From IMG/VR virus record IMGVR_UViG_3300035158_000899: 50,593 nt of DNA. One strand, 5' to 3'. The stretch is from a virus. Its lineage: Duplodnaviria > Heunggongvirae > Uroviricota > Caudoviricetes. The notes under the pieces are model-generated. The model was not told the origin of the DNA and ran no database searches. It saw nothing but the letters and a program-made list of their open reading frames with translations. The position numbers and the translations under genes were made by a program. Position 1 is the stretch's first letter; each line of letters starts with the position of its first letter. Below, one piece after another: positions 26,080 through 36,203 of the stretch.

Positions 26080-26415
26080 TTGAGCCACGATTTAGAAATA
26101 AAGATGGCTAAAATATTAGGTATTAGAGATACTTACACATTAGCTCATTTTGAAAATTTTTCAAAAGAACAATCGCTTGCTATGAGTGAAGGAAGATTTA
26201 AACTTCCTAAAAGATCAATTAAATGTGAGATTGGCAAATGGTATAGAGCAACAAATGAAAGAAGTATGTTCCTTGCAGCGAGGAAAATAACTTGTCCCTT
26301 TACACCCAATTACACTTTTTGTGTCGATTGTAAAGGTGCAATAGAAGGGGTAGGGATAGAAAGACCAGTTTGTCCAATGATGGGTAACATAGAAGAAATA
26401 AATAATGTATTATAA
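26080..26415 (+). CDS. protein with C-terminal YKIG-family domain
   Basis: ...KCEIGKWY...CVDCKGAIEGVG...VCP...EEI; start uncertain. Confidence 0.6.
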   Translation: MSHDLEIKMAKILGIRDTYTLAHFENFSKEQSLAMSEGRFKLPKRSIKCEIGKWYRATNERSMFLAARKITCPFTPNYTFCVDCKGAIEGVGIERPVCPMMGNIEEINNVL

Positions 26416-26668
26416 AATAGGTAAAGTATATAAAAACAAAAAGATAGTTGATTTTGTAGAGATTGATGCAAATGGAAGCAAACCTACTTCGGTTGATAGG
26501 ATTCTTGTTTTAAGAAGAAAAGAATGTGCACATAAGTTTTGTCAGAAGCAAAGGAATATACCTAATTGTCAAGGATTGATAATTTGTTTAGGACATAAGA
26601 ATCAGCTTTGCGGATATTCATATGAAACAGGTGAACCCTTATTTGAAGAAATAAGCAATGTATTATGA
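26405..26668 (+). CDS. YKIG-family Cys-rich small protein
   Basis: MYYKIGKVY...RRKEC...CQGLIICLG...LCGY...PLFEEI. Confidence 0.8.
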   Translation: MYYKIGKVYKNKKIVDFVEIDANGSKPTSVDRILVLRRKECAHKFCQKQRNIPNCQGLIICLGHKNQLCGYSYETGEPLFEEISNVL

Positions 26669-26864
26669 AGTAGGAAAAGTATACCGGATAACGGATAGCG
26701 TATTTCCTTCAAGCAAAGTAGTGGGTAAAACATTCCTTTTAATTAAACGCGAAGCATGTGTTGACCGAATGCCACAATGCGGCACCTGTAAAGGAGAATT
26801 GACGGGAGTAGGCATTGATATATCTCTTTGTCCTATGTATTTAAAAATAGAGGAAGTAAAGTAA
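26658..26864 (+). CDS. YKIG-family Cys-rich small protein
   Basis: MYYEVGKVY...FLLIKREAC...CGTCKGELTGVG...LCP. Confidence 0.8.
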   Translation: MYYEVGKVYRITDSVFPSSKVVGKTFLLIKREACVDRMPQCGTCKGELTGVGIDISLCPMYLKIEEVK

Positions 26865-27106
26865 TGTTTTATAAAATAGGGAAGATGTTTAGCGGTTCTG
26901 ATCATAAGGGGACTTTTCGTTTTTTAGTTATAGGAAGAGCTGCATGTTCTCTTAGTCCTAGCTGTAATAATAAGCACTGTAAAGGCGGATTAATTATAGT
27001 AGGCGATAGACCAATTTGGGCGGGCAAGATTGGTCCATTTTGTGGTTATGATTATCTTAATGATGTGCACGATCCGGTTTTTAAAGAAGTAAAAAATGAA
27101 ACTTAA
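26864..27106 (+). CDS. YKIG-family Cys-rich small protein
   Basis: MFYKIGKMF...FLVIGRAAC...CKGGL...FCGY...PVFKEV. Confidence 0.8.
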   Translation: MFYKIGKMFSGSDHKGTFRFLVIGRAACSLSPSCNNKHCKGGLIIVGDRPIWAGKIGPFCGYDYLNDVHDPVFKEVKNET

Positions 27107-27692
27107 ACCAGGGAAATTATGTATAACAAAGGATGGTAAGAAATCTCTTGTTATTAAGAATGAGGCATGTAAAGATAGAGGGGTGTTTGGCGAAGCGTGC
27201 GATAAATGCGAAGGTATAGCAGTTGGCATAGGAGATGTGTACCATTTCTGCCCTGTAGCGGTTGGACAAATAAAGACAAAGACAAGATTTCGGTTTCACC
27301 CTTTTGTTAGCAGGACAACTACGGGACTCAAAAAGATATTCAACGATAATAAAGTAATTGTTGAAAACTCTTGTGACATACCAACAAATTTAAGTGTAAG
27401 CATACCAACTGACTGGTGGTGCGGTTATGTAGCACTCAAGAGAGGGGTTGAAATTCCTGAAGACTGGATTGAATATTCTACAGTAGAATCAGATATTGAT
27501 GTTCACGGAGGGCTTACTTATAGTTGTGTATCAGGTGATTATACAGTGTTTGGTTTTGATTGTAATCATTATAGTGATGAACATGATCCTGATAAGAGAA
27601 ATCCGATATGGCTTATGAAAGAAGCAATGCGAATGGAAAAGAATTTAAAGAAGCAAGCAAAGAAATTTATGAAGAAAGGGAGGCTAAAGTGA
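27096..27692 (+). CDS. fusion: divergent YKIG-like Cys domain + CGYV/HGGLTY/GFDC phage domain
   Basis: MKLKPGKL...CDKCEGIAVGIG...FCP then WWCGYV...VHGGLTYS...GFDCNH. Confidence 0.7.
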   Translation: MKLKPGKLCITKDGKKSLVIKNEACKDRGVFGEACDKCEGIAVGIGDVYHFCPVAVGQIKTKTRFRFHPFVSRTTTGLKKIFNDNKVIVENSCDIPTNLSVSIPTDWWCGYVALKRGVEIPEDWIEYSTVESDIDVHGGLTYSCVSGDYTVFGFDCNHYSDEHDPDKRNPIWLMKEAMRMEKNLKKQAKKFMKKGRLK

Positions 27693-27694
27693 GA

Positions 27695-28087
27695 ATGGAT
27701 GTAGAAATTAAAACATCTGAAGTTTTTAAAGAGTTTTCGAAACTTAAAGCAAAGGAAATGCTCAAAGTAGGTAAAATAATTGGCATTGTTATAGCTGTTA
27801 TTTTGGCAGTGATTGGGATCGGTTATTTAACTGGACTAGGTGTAATTGCAATGATTCCTGTAAAATATGCAACAGAAAATCCGCCTACAATTATTGATAT
27901 AGTAGGAACTGGGCTTTTAACATTATGCGCTATATTTATGATTGGGCTCGTTTGTTATTTGATGTTTAGATACATAATATTTAACTTTATGGTATTAGGG
28001 TTGAAACGTTGGATATCAGGTAATTGGTATGAAGCTAAATGGAATGTGCGACAGAGAAAAGAGAGTGAAGAATGTACTACAAAATAG
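27695..28087 (+). CDS. membrane protein (2 TM)
   Basis: Two hydrophobic segments; GGAGG upstream. Confidence 0.6.
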   Translation: MDVEIKTSEVFKEFSKLKAKEMLKVGKIIGIVIAVILAVIGIGYLTGLGVIAMIPVKYATENPPTIIDIVGTGLLTLCAIFMIGLVCYLMFRYIIFNFMVLGLKRWISGNWYEAKWNVRQRKESEECTTK

Positions 28088-28299
28088 GCCAATGGTATAA
28101 GAATCGTGGGTATAGAGATATACCTAAAATATGCTTGGTAACAAACATAAAGAAGTACAAAAGAGGTAAGACTGATTGGTGTCCGAGAATGTGTTTCGGT
28201 ATGATAGAAATATTAGGTGCAAAGAATGAGTTAGAATGCGGTTTTGATGCAGTTTCAAAAGTACCTATACTTGAAAGAATGGAGAAATATGCTGTATAG
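28072..28299 (+). CDS. YKIG-family small protein
   Basis: MYYKIGQWY...CPRMCFGMIEILG...CGF...PIL. Confidence 0.8.
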   Translation: MYYKIGQWYKNRGYRDIPKICLVTNIKKYKRGKTDWCPRMCFGMIEILGAKNELECGFDAVSKVPILERMEKYAV

Positions 28300-28654
28300 A
28301 ATAGGTAAGATGTATCATGGATTTAACGTTGCTAATTATATGAATGACTATAAAAAGTTTTTTCTTATAGATAGAGTAGAATGTGATTGTAGGTCGAAGC
28401 TTACCTGTTGTCAACATTGTAAAGGAAAGTTAAAGGTTATAGGATACGAGAAACCATTTTGTGGTTATGTACATAAACCAAATACTGTAATAGCAAGGTA
28501 TGCAGAAGTAAAAGAAGAACCGGCTGAATCTATAGCATTACCTTTGGTAAAATACAATGAGAAAGACGAGCCTATATACGGAAGTGTACCTGTACGTTAT
28601 TTACGAACATATCTTAAAGAACCCACGCAAAGAGAACAGTGGAAGGTACAATGA
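28289..28654 (+). CDS. YKIG-family protein with C-terminal extension
   Basis: MLYRIGKMY...FLIDRVEC...CQHCKGKLKVIG...FCGY...YAEV. Confidence 0.75.
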   Translation: MLYRIGKMYHGFNVANYMNDYKKFFLIDRVECDCRSKLTCCQHCKGKLKVIGYEKPFCGYVHKPNTVIARYAEVKEEPAESIALPLVKYNEKDEPIYGSVPVRYLRTYLKEPTQREQWKVQ

Positions 28655-28860
28655 AATATAAAGTAGGTGAATGGTATAAAAAAGGTGAGTCTATATTCCT
28701 TTTGACGAGGAGAATAGGTTGCAGATCACCTATAAATGGTTTATACATTTGCAGAGAGTGTAAAGGAAAAATAGAAGGTTTAGGCTTGGATAAACCCTGG
28801 TGCCCTTATGATGGCAGTGGATTTCCAATATTTACTTTAGTGAAAAAGGAGAGAAAATGA
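28651..28860 (+). CDS. YKIG-family Cys-rich small protein
   Basis: MKYKVGEWY...FLLTRRIGC...CRECKGKIEGLG...WCPY. Confidence 0.8.
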   Translation: MKYKVGEWYKKGESIFLLTRRIGCRSPINGLYICRECKGKIEGLGLDKPWCPYDGSGFPIFTLVKKERK

Positions 28861-29156
28861 TAACCGTTTATCATAATGAGCGATTTGTTGATTTTGCACT
28901 TTTAGATGAAGAAGCAGCAATTAAAATGTTTAATGAGTTACCAAATAATACTACCGTTTTAAAGAAAGTAGCAGAAGTTAATACTGATGATTTAGAAAAA
29001 GCGTTCGAATTGACAAATCATATCGATCATAGTTGGGAAGACAACCCAGAGGTAACGCTTATTGAAAAATCTCGATCTACAAGTACAGGCGATATTATGG
29101 AAAAAGATGAGAAACTGTATATTGTTTTAAGTGTTGGCTTTGCGGAGGTGAAATAA
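28857..29156 (+). CDS. YodL-like domain protein (tentative)
   Basis: LEKAFELTN...RSTSTGDI...YIVLSVGF resembles the YodL-type SxSxxD/GF pattern. Confidence 0.45.
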   Translation: MITVYHNERFVDFALLDEEAAIKMFNELPNNTTVLKKVAEVNTDDLEKAFELTNHIDHSWEDNPEVTLIEKSRSTSTGDIMEKDEKLYIVLSVGFAEVK

Positions 29157-29314
29157 GGAAGCATGTTTATTATTATTTGTTATTCAAAAGCAAGTAATGC
29201 TACGATTGTAACAGATGAGAATGGTGAGAATTTAGTATTTGAAAGCGGTCCTGAAGCAATAGAGTATGCAAAAGCAAATTGTATTGAAAAGTATGCAATA
29301 GCTTATTTATCGTG

Positions 29315-29581
29315 ATGCATTACAAAATAGGTAAAGTATACCAGGTAAAGGAAGAATTTAAGTTCTATACTAGATTTAGTAAGAAGTTTTTTCTTATTAA
29401 AAGAATAAAATGTTCTTTTGTAGATGCAGTAACTTGTAAGTTTTGTAGTCTGTGTTCTGGCGAAAGACTAATAGGCGTTGGTGATTGTAGTAACGAACCT
29501 TTTTGTGGTTATGCAGAACAATATAATGAGGGCATAGTAATATATGAAGAGGTGAGGGATGTTGATAATATTTCCGAATAA
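29315..29581 (+). CDS. YKIG-family Cys-rich small protein
   Basis: MHYKIGKVY...FLIKRIKC...CSLCSGERLIGVG...FCGY...IYEEV. Confidence 0.8.
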   Translation: MHYKIGKVYQVKEEFKFYTRFSKKFFLIKRIKCSFVDAVTCKFCSLCSGERLIGVGDCSNEPFCGYAEQYNEGIVIYEEVRDVDNISE

Positions 29582-29990
29582 AGAGATAGTTGAAGTAAGA
29601 TATAAACAATTAAGAGCAGAACTTATTAATGCTCAAAATGACGAAAGAATAACCATAGATGTACTTAACAATATAAAAGAACGACTTGATGCAGTTAGAT
29701 TCTTAAAGAGAGTGCATGAAGATGTTAAGCTTAGAAGAGCCATTAAAAGGAAACTTAATAGAATAGATGAAACATTATCCACAAAAGATATAAATGAAGT
29801 AGCAGATGCTAATAGTTGTCTTTGTATAAAGTGTTTTTCAATAGTTGGATTACCTAAGCATATTGATTATCCTAATGGATTAAAATGCCCTAAATGTGGA
29901 AGTTCATTAATTGAAATAGAAAGAAAGACAGTAAAGAAAAGAGCATGTAAAACAAAGAGAAGGAGTTTTATTGAATACAAGAAGAGTTGA
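29559..29990 (+). CDS. hypothetical protein with C-terminal zinc ribbon
   Basis: CIKC...CPKC. Confidence 0.65.
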   Translation: MLIIFPNKEIVEVRYKQLRAELINAQNDERITIDVLNNIKERLDAVRFLKRVHEDVKLRRAIKRKLNRIDETLSTKDINEVADANSCLCIKCFSIVGLPKHIDYPNGLKCPKCGSSLIEIERKTVKKRACKTKRRSFIEYKKS

Positions 29991-30245
29991 ATTCACCAGC
30001 TACCTCGAACCGGACAAGTATTATCAGGTACTCGGTAATTCAGATAATAATCGCAAAGCAATTAGATACGACCAGTATAAAGTAGTTAAGTTTGAAGTAG
30101 GCAAGCTATATAAATGGATAAATTATATGATGCGAAAAGCGAAAACGAAGAACGCATTCTAGTGCTAGGTATTCCCTGAAGTTATAGATGAAGCAGAAAT
30201 TAAGCAAACAACAGAGGAGAAATCCTGTATTAGATAGGAAACAAA

Positions 30246-30458
30246 ATGAAATACGAACCGAGTAAAATGTATCAGTTTAAAGATAATAAGCATGTTAAGT
30301 TTTTACTCATCGGAAGAGAAGCTAAAAACGCTAAGTGTAAAAATTATAAATGTGATAAGGCGTGCAAGGGGTTTCTTAAAACTATAGGCGGTTATAATGG
30401 GCTTTTTTGTGGTTATAGAATGAACGGCGTTCAAATATATCAAGAAGTTAAAGCTTAA
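30246..30458 (+). CDS. YKIG-family Cys-rich small protein (divergent)
   Basis: MKYEPSKMY...FLLIGRE...CDKACKGFL...FCGY...IYQEV. Confidence 0.75.
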   Translation: MKYEPSKMYQFKDNKHVKFLLIGREAKNAKCKNYKCDKACKGFLKTIGGYNGLFCGYRMNGVQIYQEVKA

Positions 30459-30509
30459 TTTTGCAAATTATCAACCATACCATTTTTCAAAATTTCACTT
30501 TATACTTCT

Positions 30510-30552
30510 TTTTGTTAGGGTATGATTTTAGAAAATCCCTATATAGAGATAG
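30510..30552 (+). promoter_or_regulatory. repeated intergenic motif, copy 5
   Basis: ttttgttagggtatgattttagaaaatccctatatagagatag. Confidence 0.7.
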
Positions 30553-30798
30553 CGAGAATACTGTTTTTCAATGGAGGCGAAATGAAACGTAAGCTTTCAG
30601 CAAGAAACATATTAAAGCAACTTACAGATCATTTACGAGAGCTAGGTTTTAAAGTAACAGAAAGAGAAACAACACCAGGAGGCATACAAAATAGAAGATG
30701 TTTTGAAACACATACAAAAGATATACAAGGATGCAAAACTAGGTGTATTCAAAGAAATTTGGGGTCCGGGTGGATTAGGTGTATAATGGAGGCGAGGC

Positions 30799-31164
30799 GT
30801 GATGAAAGAAGAAAACTGGGAATATTTAACTACAACGAATGATTATCGATGTGTTTTAAAACACGTTAAAGAAGAGAAACGGAAGTTTGTTTGGTATCAT
30901 TTTGATGGGTCTAAAGCAAAGAAAGAAAAGGAATATACAGAATACATTTTGAATTTGTACGGATGGGTGATTGTTAAAGACAGACTTCCGAGTTGGTTTC
31001 TTTTAGCGTACAGAAAATACACTCATGTAAAAGATATTGAAAAGATGATTAATTTAATTAAGCCGAAAGAATCAGATGAGGACATAATTTGGAAAGGCAA
31101 ACAGTTTGGTTATCCAATGAAACAAATTCGACAATATTTAGAAGAAATTAAAAAACATAGGTAG
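30799..31164 (+). CDS. hypothetical protein
   Basis: ORF track. Confidence 0.6.
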   Translation: MMKEENWEYLTTTNDYRCVLKHVKEEKRKFVWYHFDGSKAKKEKEYTEYILNLYGWVIVKDRLPSWFLLAYRKYTHVKDIEKMINLIKPKESDEDIIWKGKQFGYPMKQIRQYLEEIKKHR

Positions 31165-31518
31165 GTGTTTATGTCTTTAGTGTTTCTCTTATCGAAGAAT
31201 AAAACGTTTGCATATATGTTTAGTATTGATAAAAGGCCTACTTTCGATATAGACACTATACCAGGCCAGTGAAAACTATTTTTGGTTTTAATATCTGTAT
31301 AGAGTTTAAGAATTTCTATTTCTTGTTGGGTTATGTCAGTTTAGAGGAGAATAAAGATGAAGGAGATAAGCTGGAAAGAAAGTCCTTGTTATAAGTGCAA
31401 TAAAATAGTGATATGCAATAGCATACCTTGCGCTAAATATCAATCGTGGAAAGCAAAGTTGAAGTTTGAAGAAATTGTAGCCAAGAAGAAAAACAGAAAA
31501 CCAGCGGAGGTTGTATAA

Positions 31519-31929
31519 ATGTTTTGGATGTTAAAGGTTTATGTTAAGTTGTTAGAGATAGGGTTTTGTATTCCTGTTATAAAGGATATCCTTGCTAATA
31601 GAACAGTTACGTCGATAATAAGTTTTTGTTATCATATATTTCATTCGGCTGTAAGTGCTGTATATATAGCAACTTGGGACGTTTATAATAGGGTTAAATG
31701 TAAAGTAGAAACCACTATTGAAGTGTTTATAGTAATTTATAGATTGATTAGAAAGTATAGTTGGAATAATGAGGTAATAATACATGTCAGAAGATGGAAG
31801 TCATATCGTCTTCATTGTATGGATTTAAAATTGAGAGGATTACGAAGAAAAGTATCTCAGAACATTGCAGAGATTTCAAATATGACTGGGATAAGTCAAT
31901 TTGATTTAAGAAGATATTTTGGTAATTAG
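31519..31929 (+). CDS. hypothetical protein
   Basis: ORF track; GGAGG RBS. Confidence 0.55.
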   Translation: MFWMLKVYVKLLEIGFCIPVIKDILANRTVTSIISFCYHIFHSAVSAVYIATWDVYNRVKCKVETTIEVFIVIYRLIRKYSWNNEVIIHVRRWKSYRLHCMDLKLRGLRRKVSQNIAEISNMTGISQFDLRRYFGN

Positions 31930-31937
31930 GAGTTAAT

Positions 31938-32252
31938 ATGACAGAAGAACAAATTAATATTGCTATTGACAAAGGTGGATTTGTTGGTAGAATATACCGC
32001 AAAGAAAAAATGTCGCCTAAGAACATTGACCACGCACTTAAAGTAGGCCGTTGTATTTTCGATTTGTTAAGGCATCAGAAGTTAACAAATGAACAAATTA
32101 CGCAATTGATAGGCAATAAGCAATATCGAAAAGAATTGTTGAAATTTCAGGATATGGAAGGTTGGAGGGAGTGGGTTAAAACAGAAACAGAAAAACCTGA
32201 TAGTGAATTAAGAATGTCGAAGAAGATATTACTGGGGATATTCGAACAATGA
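31938..32252 (+). CDS. hypothetical protein
   Basis: ORF track; AGGAG RBS. Confidence 0.6.
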   Translation: MTEEQINIAIDKGGFVGRIYRKEKMSPKNIDHALKVGRCIFDLLRHQKLTNEQITQLIGNKQYRKELLKFQDMEGWREWVKTETEKPDSELRMSKKILLGIFEQ

Positions 32253-32360
32253 GGGATATGAATGTATATTTGTACGATTCGACACAGGATTGTTGTGAAC
32301 CAACTGTATTTGATACGGATAAAACGCTAGATAAAAAAAGTATAACGAGCAGGGGGTAAA

Positions 32361-32858
32361 ATGGAATTACAAACGACATATAAAGAAGTTTCAGAATTGT
32401 ATCCTGAGACTATCAAACATCTTGAAAAAGAGAAGATGCGTTCTAAAGCCAAGAATGCAAAAGAGCCTTTGTCGAAGTTTAAGTTTGTATATGATTGGTG
32501 TGTCAGAATACAAGCAAGTTCGCTTGCAGATATAATGAGTGGTAAAGCTCACGCTGAAGCTGGAGAAAGACGAAAGATGACTTTACAGCAACGTGTGGAT
32601 GACAAAATGTCTCGTATATCTGTAACTGTTAGAGTTGCACTTGGCCACACACGTTATTGTTCTGAATTGAAAAGTGTGCCACCTGCTATTATCGAGCAAT
32701 GCAGGAGAGATTTTGAAGAGCAGATTGCTGAGGAAAAAAGGATAGATTCTTTAACGCCTGAACAGAGAGAGGCCGAAACTCAGGCAATATTAGAAGAACT
32801 GAGGAAAAATCCAGGTTTTACGGAAATTCAAGTACCTATAAGGAGAAGCAATGGCTAA
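32361..32858 (+). CDS. hypothetical protein
   Basis: 165 aa ORF. Confidence 0.65.
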   Translation: MELQTTYKEVSELYPETIKHLEKEKMRSKAKNAKEPLSKFKFVYDWCVRIQASSLADIMSGKAHAEAGERRKMTLQQRVDDKMSRISVTVRVALGHTRYCSELKSVPPAIIEQCRRDFEEQIAEEKRIDSLTPEQREAETQAILEELRKNPGFTEIQVPIRRSNG

Positions 32859-33024
32859 TCATGGTTTTTACAGAAAAAACTCTTTTCGCTGATAACTGTT
32901 AAAATTTAGTCTCCTTAATAAAAAGAAAAGCAGAGAGTGAAAAAGAAGCAATTTCAAAGTGTGAGATACCAAAGTATTTTGATACTAATGGACCTCACCA
33001 ATTTCTCGCCATAGAGGAGGAATA

Positions 33025-34164
33025 ATGTTAACAAAAGATCAAGAAGTATTCCTCAAGGATTTTACTGAGAAGAGAACTATCCTGCGTTATGAAAAACTTT
33101 GGGGCGAAGAGTATATGCGCAGAACAGATACTGAAAAAGGAACAATCGATATTGATTTACGTAAGATAAGATATGTAGATATGGGCGCTGTAGCTGAGCA
33201 TTGTGATTGCGGTCAAGCTATTCGTTATGTTTATCTATACAAGCACAACGATGAATTGTTTACAATGGGCAGTACTTGTATACAGCGTTTTACAGGTCTT
33301 GCAGGTAAAGATGTAAAGATGATAATTAACGGCAGTATTGAAACAAACAAGGAAAGAAGTGAAACCGTTAATATACTTAAGAAGCAAACATATGAGCAAT
33401 GGCTTAGGGTTAACCCTGTTATCAAGAAAGCATTAGAAAAGATAGATAAATTAGATTTCAGTGATTGCGAGCATGATAAAGAAATGATCCTTGGCTTTAC
33501 AAATAACAAGCTTCCGCTTCCAAGGTATTTCAAAGCAGTTCTTACAAGGAAGTATTATAATCTTAAGCGCGCAGAAGAAATGGCGCAATGGGAGAAAGAG
33601 AATCAAGAGAAAGCAAAAGCGTTTGAAAAAGCAATAGGTAATAGAGTTGCTGTAATTGAAAAAGCAAGGTGGATAGCCGATAATCCCGAATATGATGATA
33701 TCTACAAAGGCCCAATATCTATTATTAAGGATATTTTAATTAAGCTTAAAAGATATGGAAATTTGTCTGATAAGCAAATAGGGTTTCTTGATAAATTGAA
33801 TCGTAGAGTAGAAGATCCAAAACAAATACAAGCAGCAAGAATATTAGCAGATTTGGATACATTGATTAAGAATCATACAATTAAAGATAATAGATCAATT
33901 AATATGATTGATAGTTTAAGAATACAGATGAGTAAAGCAGGCTTATCCGATAAACAACTGGATCTGATTCTTAAAGAAGATTTTACAACTAAAGGTGGAA
34001 AGAAGATGAAAGGCCTAGCTTGTAGGTTCGAGACAGAATTAGCAGAATTAGATCAACAAAGATTGGAAGAGTCTGCAGTTACTATCGAAGTAAAAGAACC
34101 AGTTAATGAAGCACCAAAAGAAGAAAAGAAAGACGAGATAGAATTTATAGAGATAGAAATTTAA
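33025..34164 (+). CDS. hypothetical protein with putative Zn-binding motif
   Basis: HCDCGQAIRY...MGSTCIQRF; two LSDKQ motifs; GGAGG RBS. Confidence 0.75.
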   Translation: MLTKDQEVFLKDFTEKRTILRYEKLWGEEYMRRTDTEKGTIDIDLRKIRYVDMGAVAEHCDCGQAIRYVYLYKHNDELFTMGSTCIQRFTGLAGKDVKMIINGSIETNKERSETVNILKKQTYEQWLRVNPVIKKALEKIDKLDFSDCEHDKEMILGFTNNKLPLPRYFKAVLTRKYYNLKRAEEMAQWEKENQEKAKAFEKAIGNRVAVIEKARWIADNPEYDDIYKGPISIIKDILIKLKRYGNLSDKQIGFLDKLNRRVEDPKQIQAARILADLDTLIKNHTIKDNRSINMIDSLRIQMSKAGLSDKQLDLILKEDFTTKGGKKMKGLACRFETELAELDQQRLEESAVTIEVKEPVNEAPKEEKKDEIEFIEIEI

Positions 34165-34990
34165 GGAGGGCGCATGAAGAAATATGCCGATTGTGCCAAA
34201 AAGTGTTATAGTAGTGCTCCGCAACCTATGAAAGTTCTTCTTATAATTTATGGTCTTGTATCTCTTTATGCTGCACCAATGCGCATATATGAAATGACTA
34301 CGTGGATAATAAAGTGGTTTGAATAGGAGCTTATATGAAACGAAAAAATGACGAAGATGAAAAATATACTGTAGAACAAATAGAGGCATTTTTAGATTTC
34401 GCTATTAAGAATGGCTTTGGAAAGAGAATTGTTGATGCTAGCAGAGATTATAAAGAACTTGATGCGCTGTTTATATTTAATCATTTGAAAGAGATACAAG
34501 AACGATTAGATGAAAAACTTAAAATGAGGGAGAAGTAATGAGATACTATAAGGTAGAGAAGACTTTTCGCGGTGGTGGAAATACATATTTTACCAAGGTT
34601 ATGTTATGAGGAGAGGGTGCTGGCAATATCAACTACAAGATTGGGGAGAAAATACTCCAGGCGGTCATAATTATGGGTATACAATAAACATTTGGCCGAT
34701 AAAGGGATTACCTAAAAGAAAACCCAAATGGGGTTTTAAGTTTTTACGTGTTGATGCTAACTATTTAAAAAAGGTAGGGAAAAATGACTAAAGAATGTGC
34801 TGGCGTTGCTTGTCAGATTGCTTATGAATATGAGAATGTAGGTAACGAACACATATCTGATATGTATGATACGTATGAAGGTGAAGCGCCGTTTAGTTTC
34901 GATGTGCTTGAAGATGCTACATATGAAGCTCTTAAATTGAGGAAAGAGGGTTTGTCATATGATGATGCATTGAAAAAATTAGGAGGTTGA

Positions 34991-35831
34991 ATGAAAATTA
35001 ATTCAATTTCTATTGTTCCGCAAGAGGTAGGCTGTAATGCAAAATGCAAATATTGTATTGCGCATTTGACTAAAGCTGTACGAAAGGGTAGAAAAAAGCC
35101 GGGTATTATACTACCTAAGTTAGAGAAATGCTTGAAGTTTGCTAAAGAGGGTGGTGCTCAAACAGCTATTATAACATCACATGGTGAAACCCTTTTAGGG
35201 AGTTGAACAAATGTAGAGAATATAGCTTGGTTGTGCAGGAAGTATTTTGGGCAGGTTGATTTGCATACAAACGCTACTGAGATATTAAATCCGCCAAAAT
35301 ACGGCAGAGGATTTGATACCATGATAGCACCGTATCTTACCAATGTAACAATTACGGTAGCACACTACAATCGCAAGAAAAACGAGCAATTAATGGGATT
35401 TAATATCGACTATAAACGATTGTTTGATAGGTTGAACAATCTTGGATTGCCGATAAGATTAAGTTGTGTGGTGTGCAGAGAAGGCATTAATTCGGCAACA
35501 GAAATGCAGAAGTACATCAGTTTTTATAGAATAGGGCGTTTCTCAAATTGTATTTAGAGAATTGTGGATACCCAAAAGTTCTTCCAGAACGGAAACATGG
35601 TGCCTTGATAATCTTATACCACAACACGTTATAGATGAATGGATGCCGTCAATAAGCCATGATTGTAGAAGATTAAATGTTTGGGGAGATTATCCAATTG
35701 ATTTTGACGGCGTTGGAGTTTCAACTTCTACTTGCGCTAGAAATAATACAAGAGAAGTTGTTAAGTCAGTAGTTTATGAATTCGATAATTATTTGTATTA
35801 TGATTGGGACACGAAAGTAAAAATAATGTAG
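34991..35831 (+). pseudogene. radical SAM protein, interrupted (in-frame TGA 35204-06 and frameshift ~35535)
   Basis: GCNAKCKYC CxxxCxxC; frame continues after TGA (TNVENIAWLCRKYF..LHTNA); later GVSQIVFRELW in shifted frame. Confidence 0.75.
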
Positions 35832-35884
35832 CTTGTCGCGTTGCCTGGCTCGTATGTCTTTATTCCTCGTTTGTACCTACCTAA

Positions 35885-35928
35885 ATTTGTTAGGGTAAGA
35901 TTTTAGAATTTTAAATATTTATAGATAG
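35885..35928 (+). promoter_or_regulatory. repeated intergenic motif, copy 6
   Basis: atttgttagggtaagattttagaattttaaatatttatagatag. Confidence 0.6.
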
Positions 35929-35965
35929 CAAATAATTTTGTTTATCTATAAGTAGGAGGTACACA

Positions 35966-36196
35966 TTGTATTATGTGGTCGGTAGGATGTACGAGGAGAA
36001 ACAATTAAATGTTTTTTCTAATGAAGGAAAGAGAATGCTTTTACTTAAGAGAGAGAAATGCAGTATGTCTGGTAGTGCAACTTTTAGTAAATGTACAAAT
36101 TGTAAAGGTTATTTAGTAGGAATAGGTTATAAAAAGCCTATTTGTGCTTATGCGGAAGGCGAATCAAGGTTTGTTGAAATAACACAAGGAGAATAA
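35966..36196 (+). CDS. YKIG-family Cys-rich small protein
   Basis: TTG start after AGGAGG; MYYVVGRMY...REKC...CTNCKGYLVGIG...ICAY...FVEI. Confidence 0.75.
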   Translation: MYYVVGRMYEEKQLNVFSNEGKRMLLLKREKCSMSGSATFSKCTNCKGYLVGIGYKKPICAYAEGESRFVEITQGE

Positions 36197-36203
36197 TAGA
36201 ACA

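Noticed and set aside
797-36196. Diversity-generating retroelement or integron as the source of YKIG diversity
   Set aside because: No reverse transcriptase or integrase in the window, no TR/VR pair differing only at adenines, and no attC-like palindromes between members.
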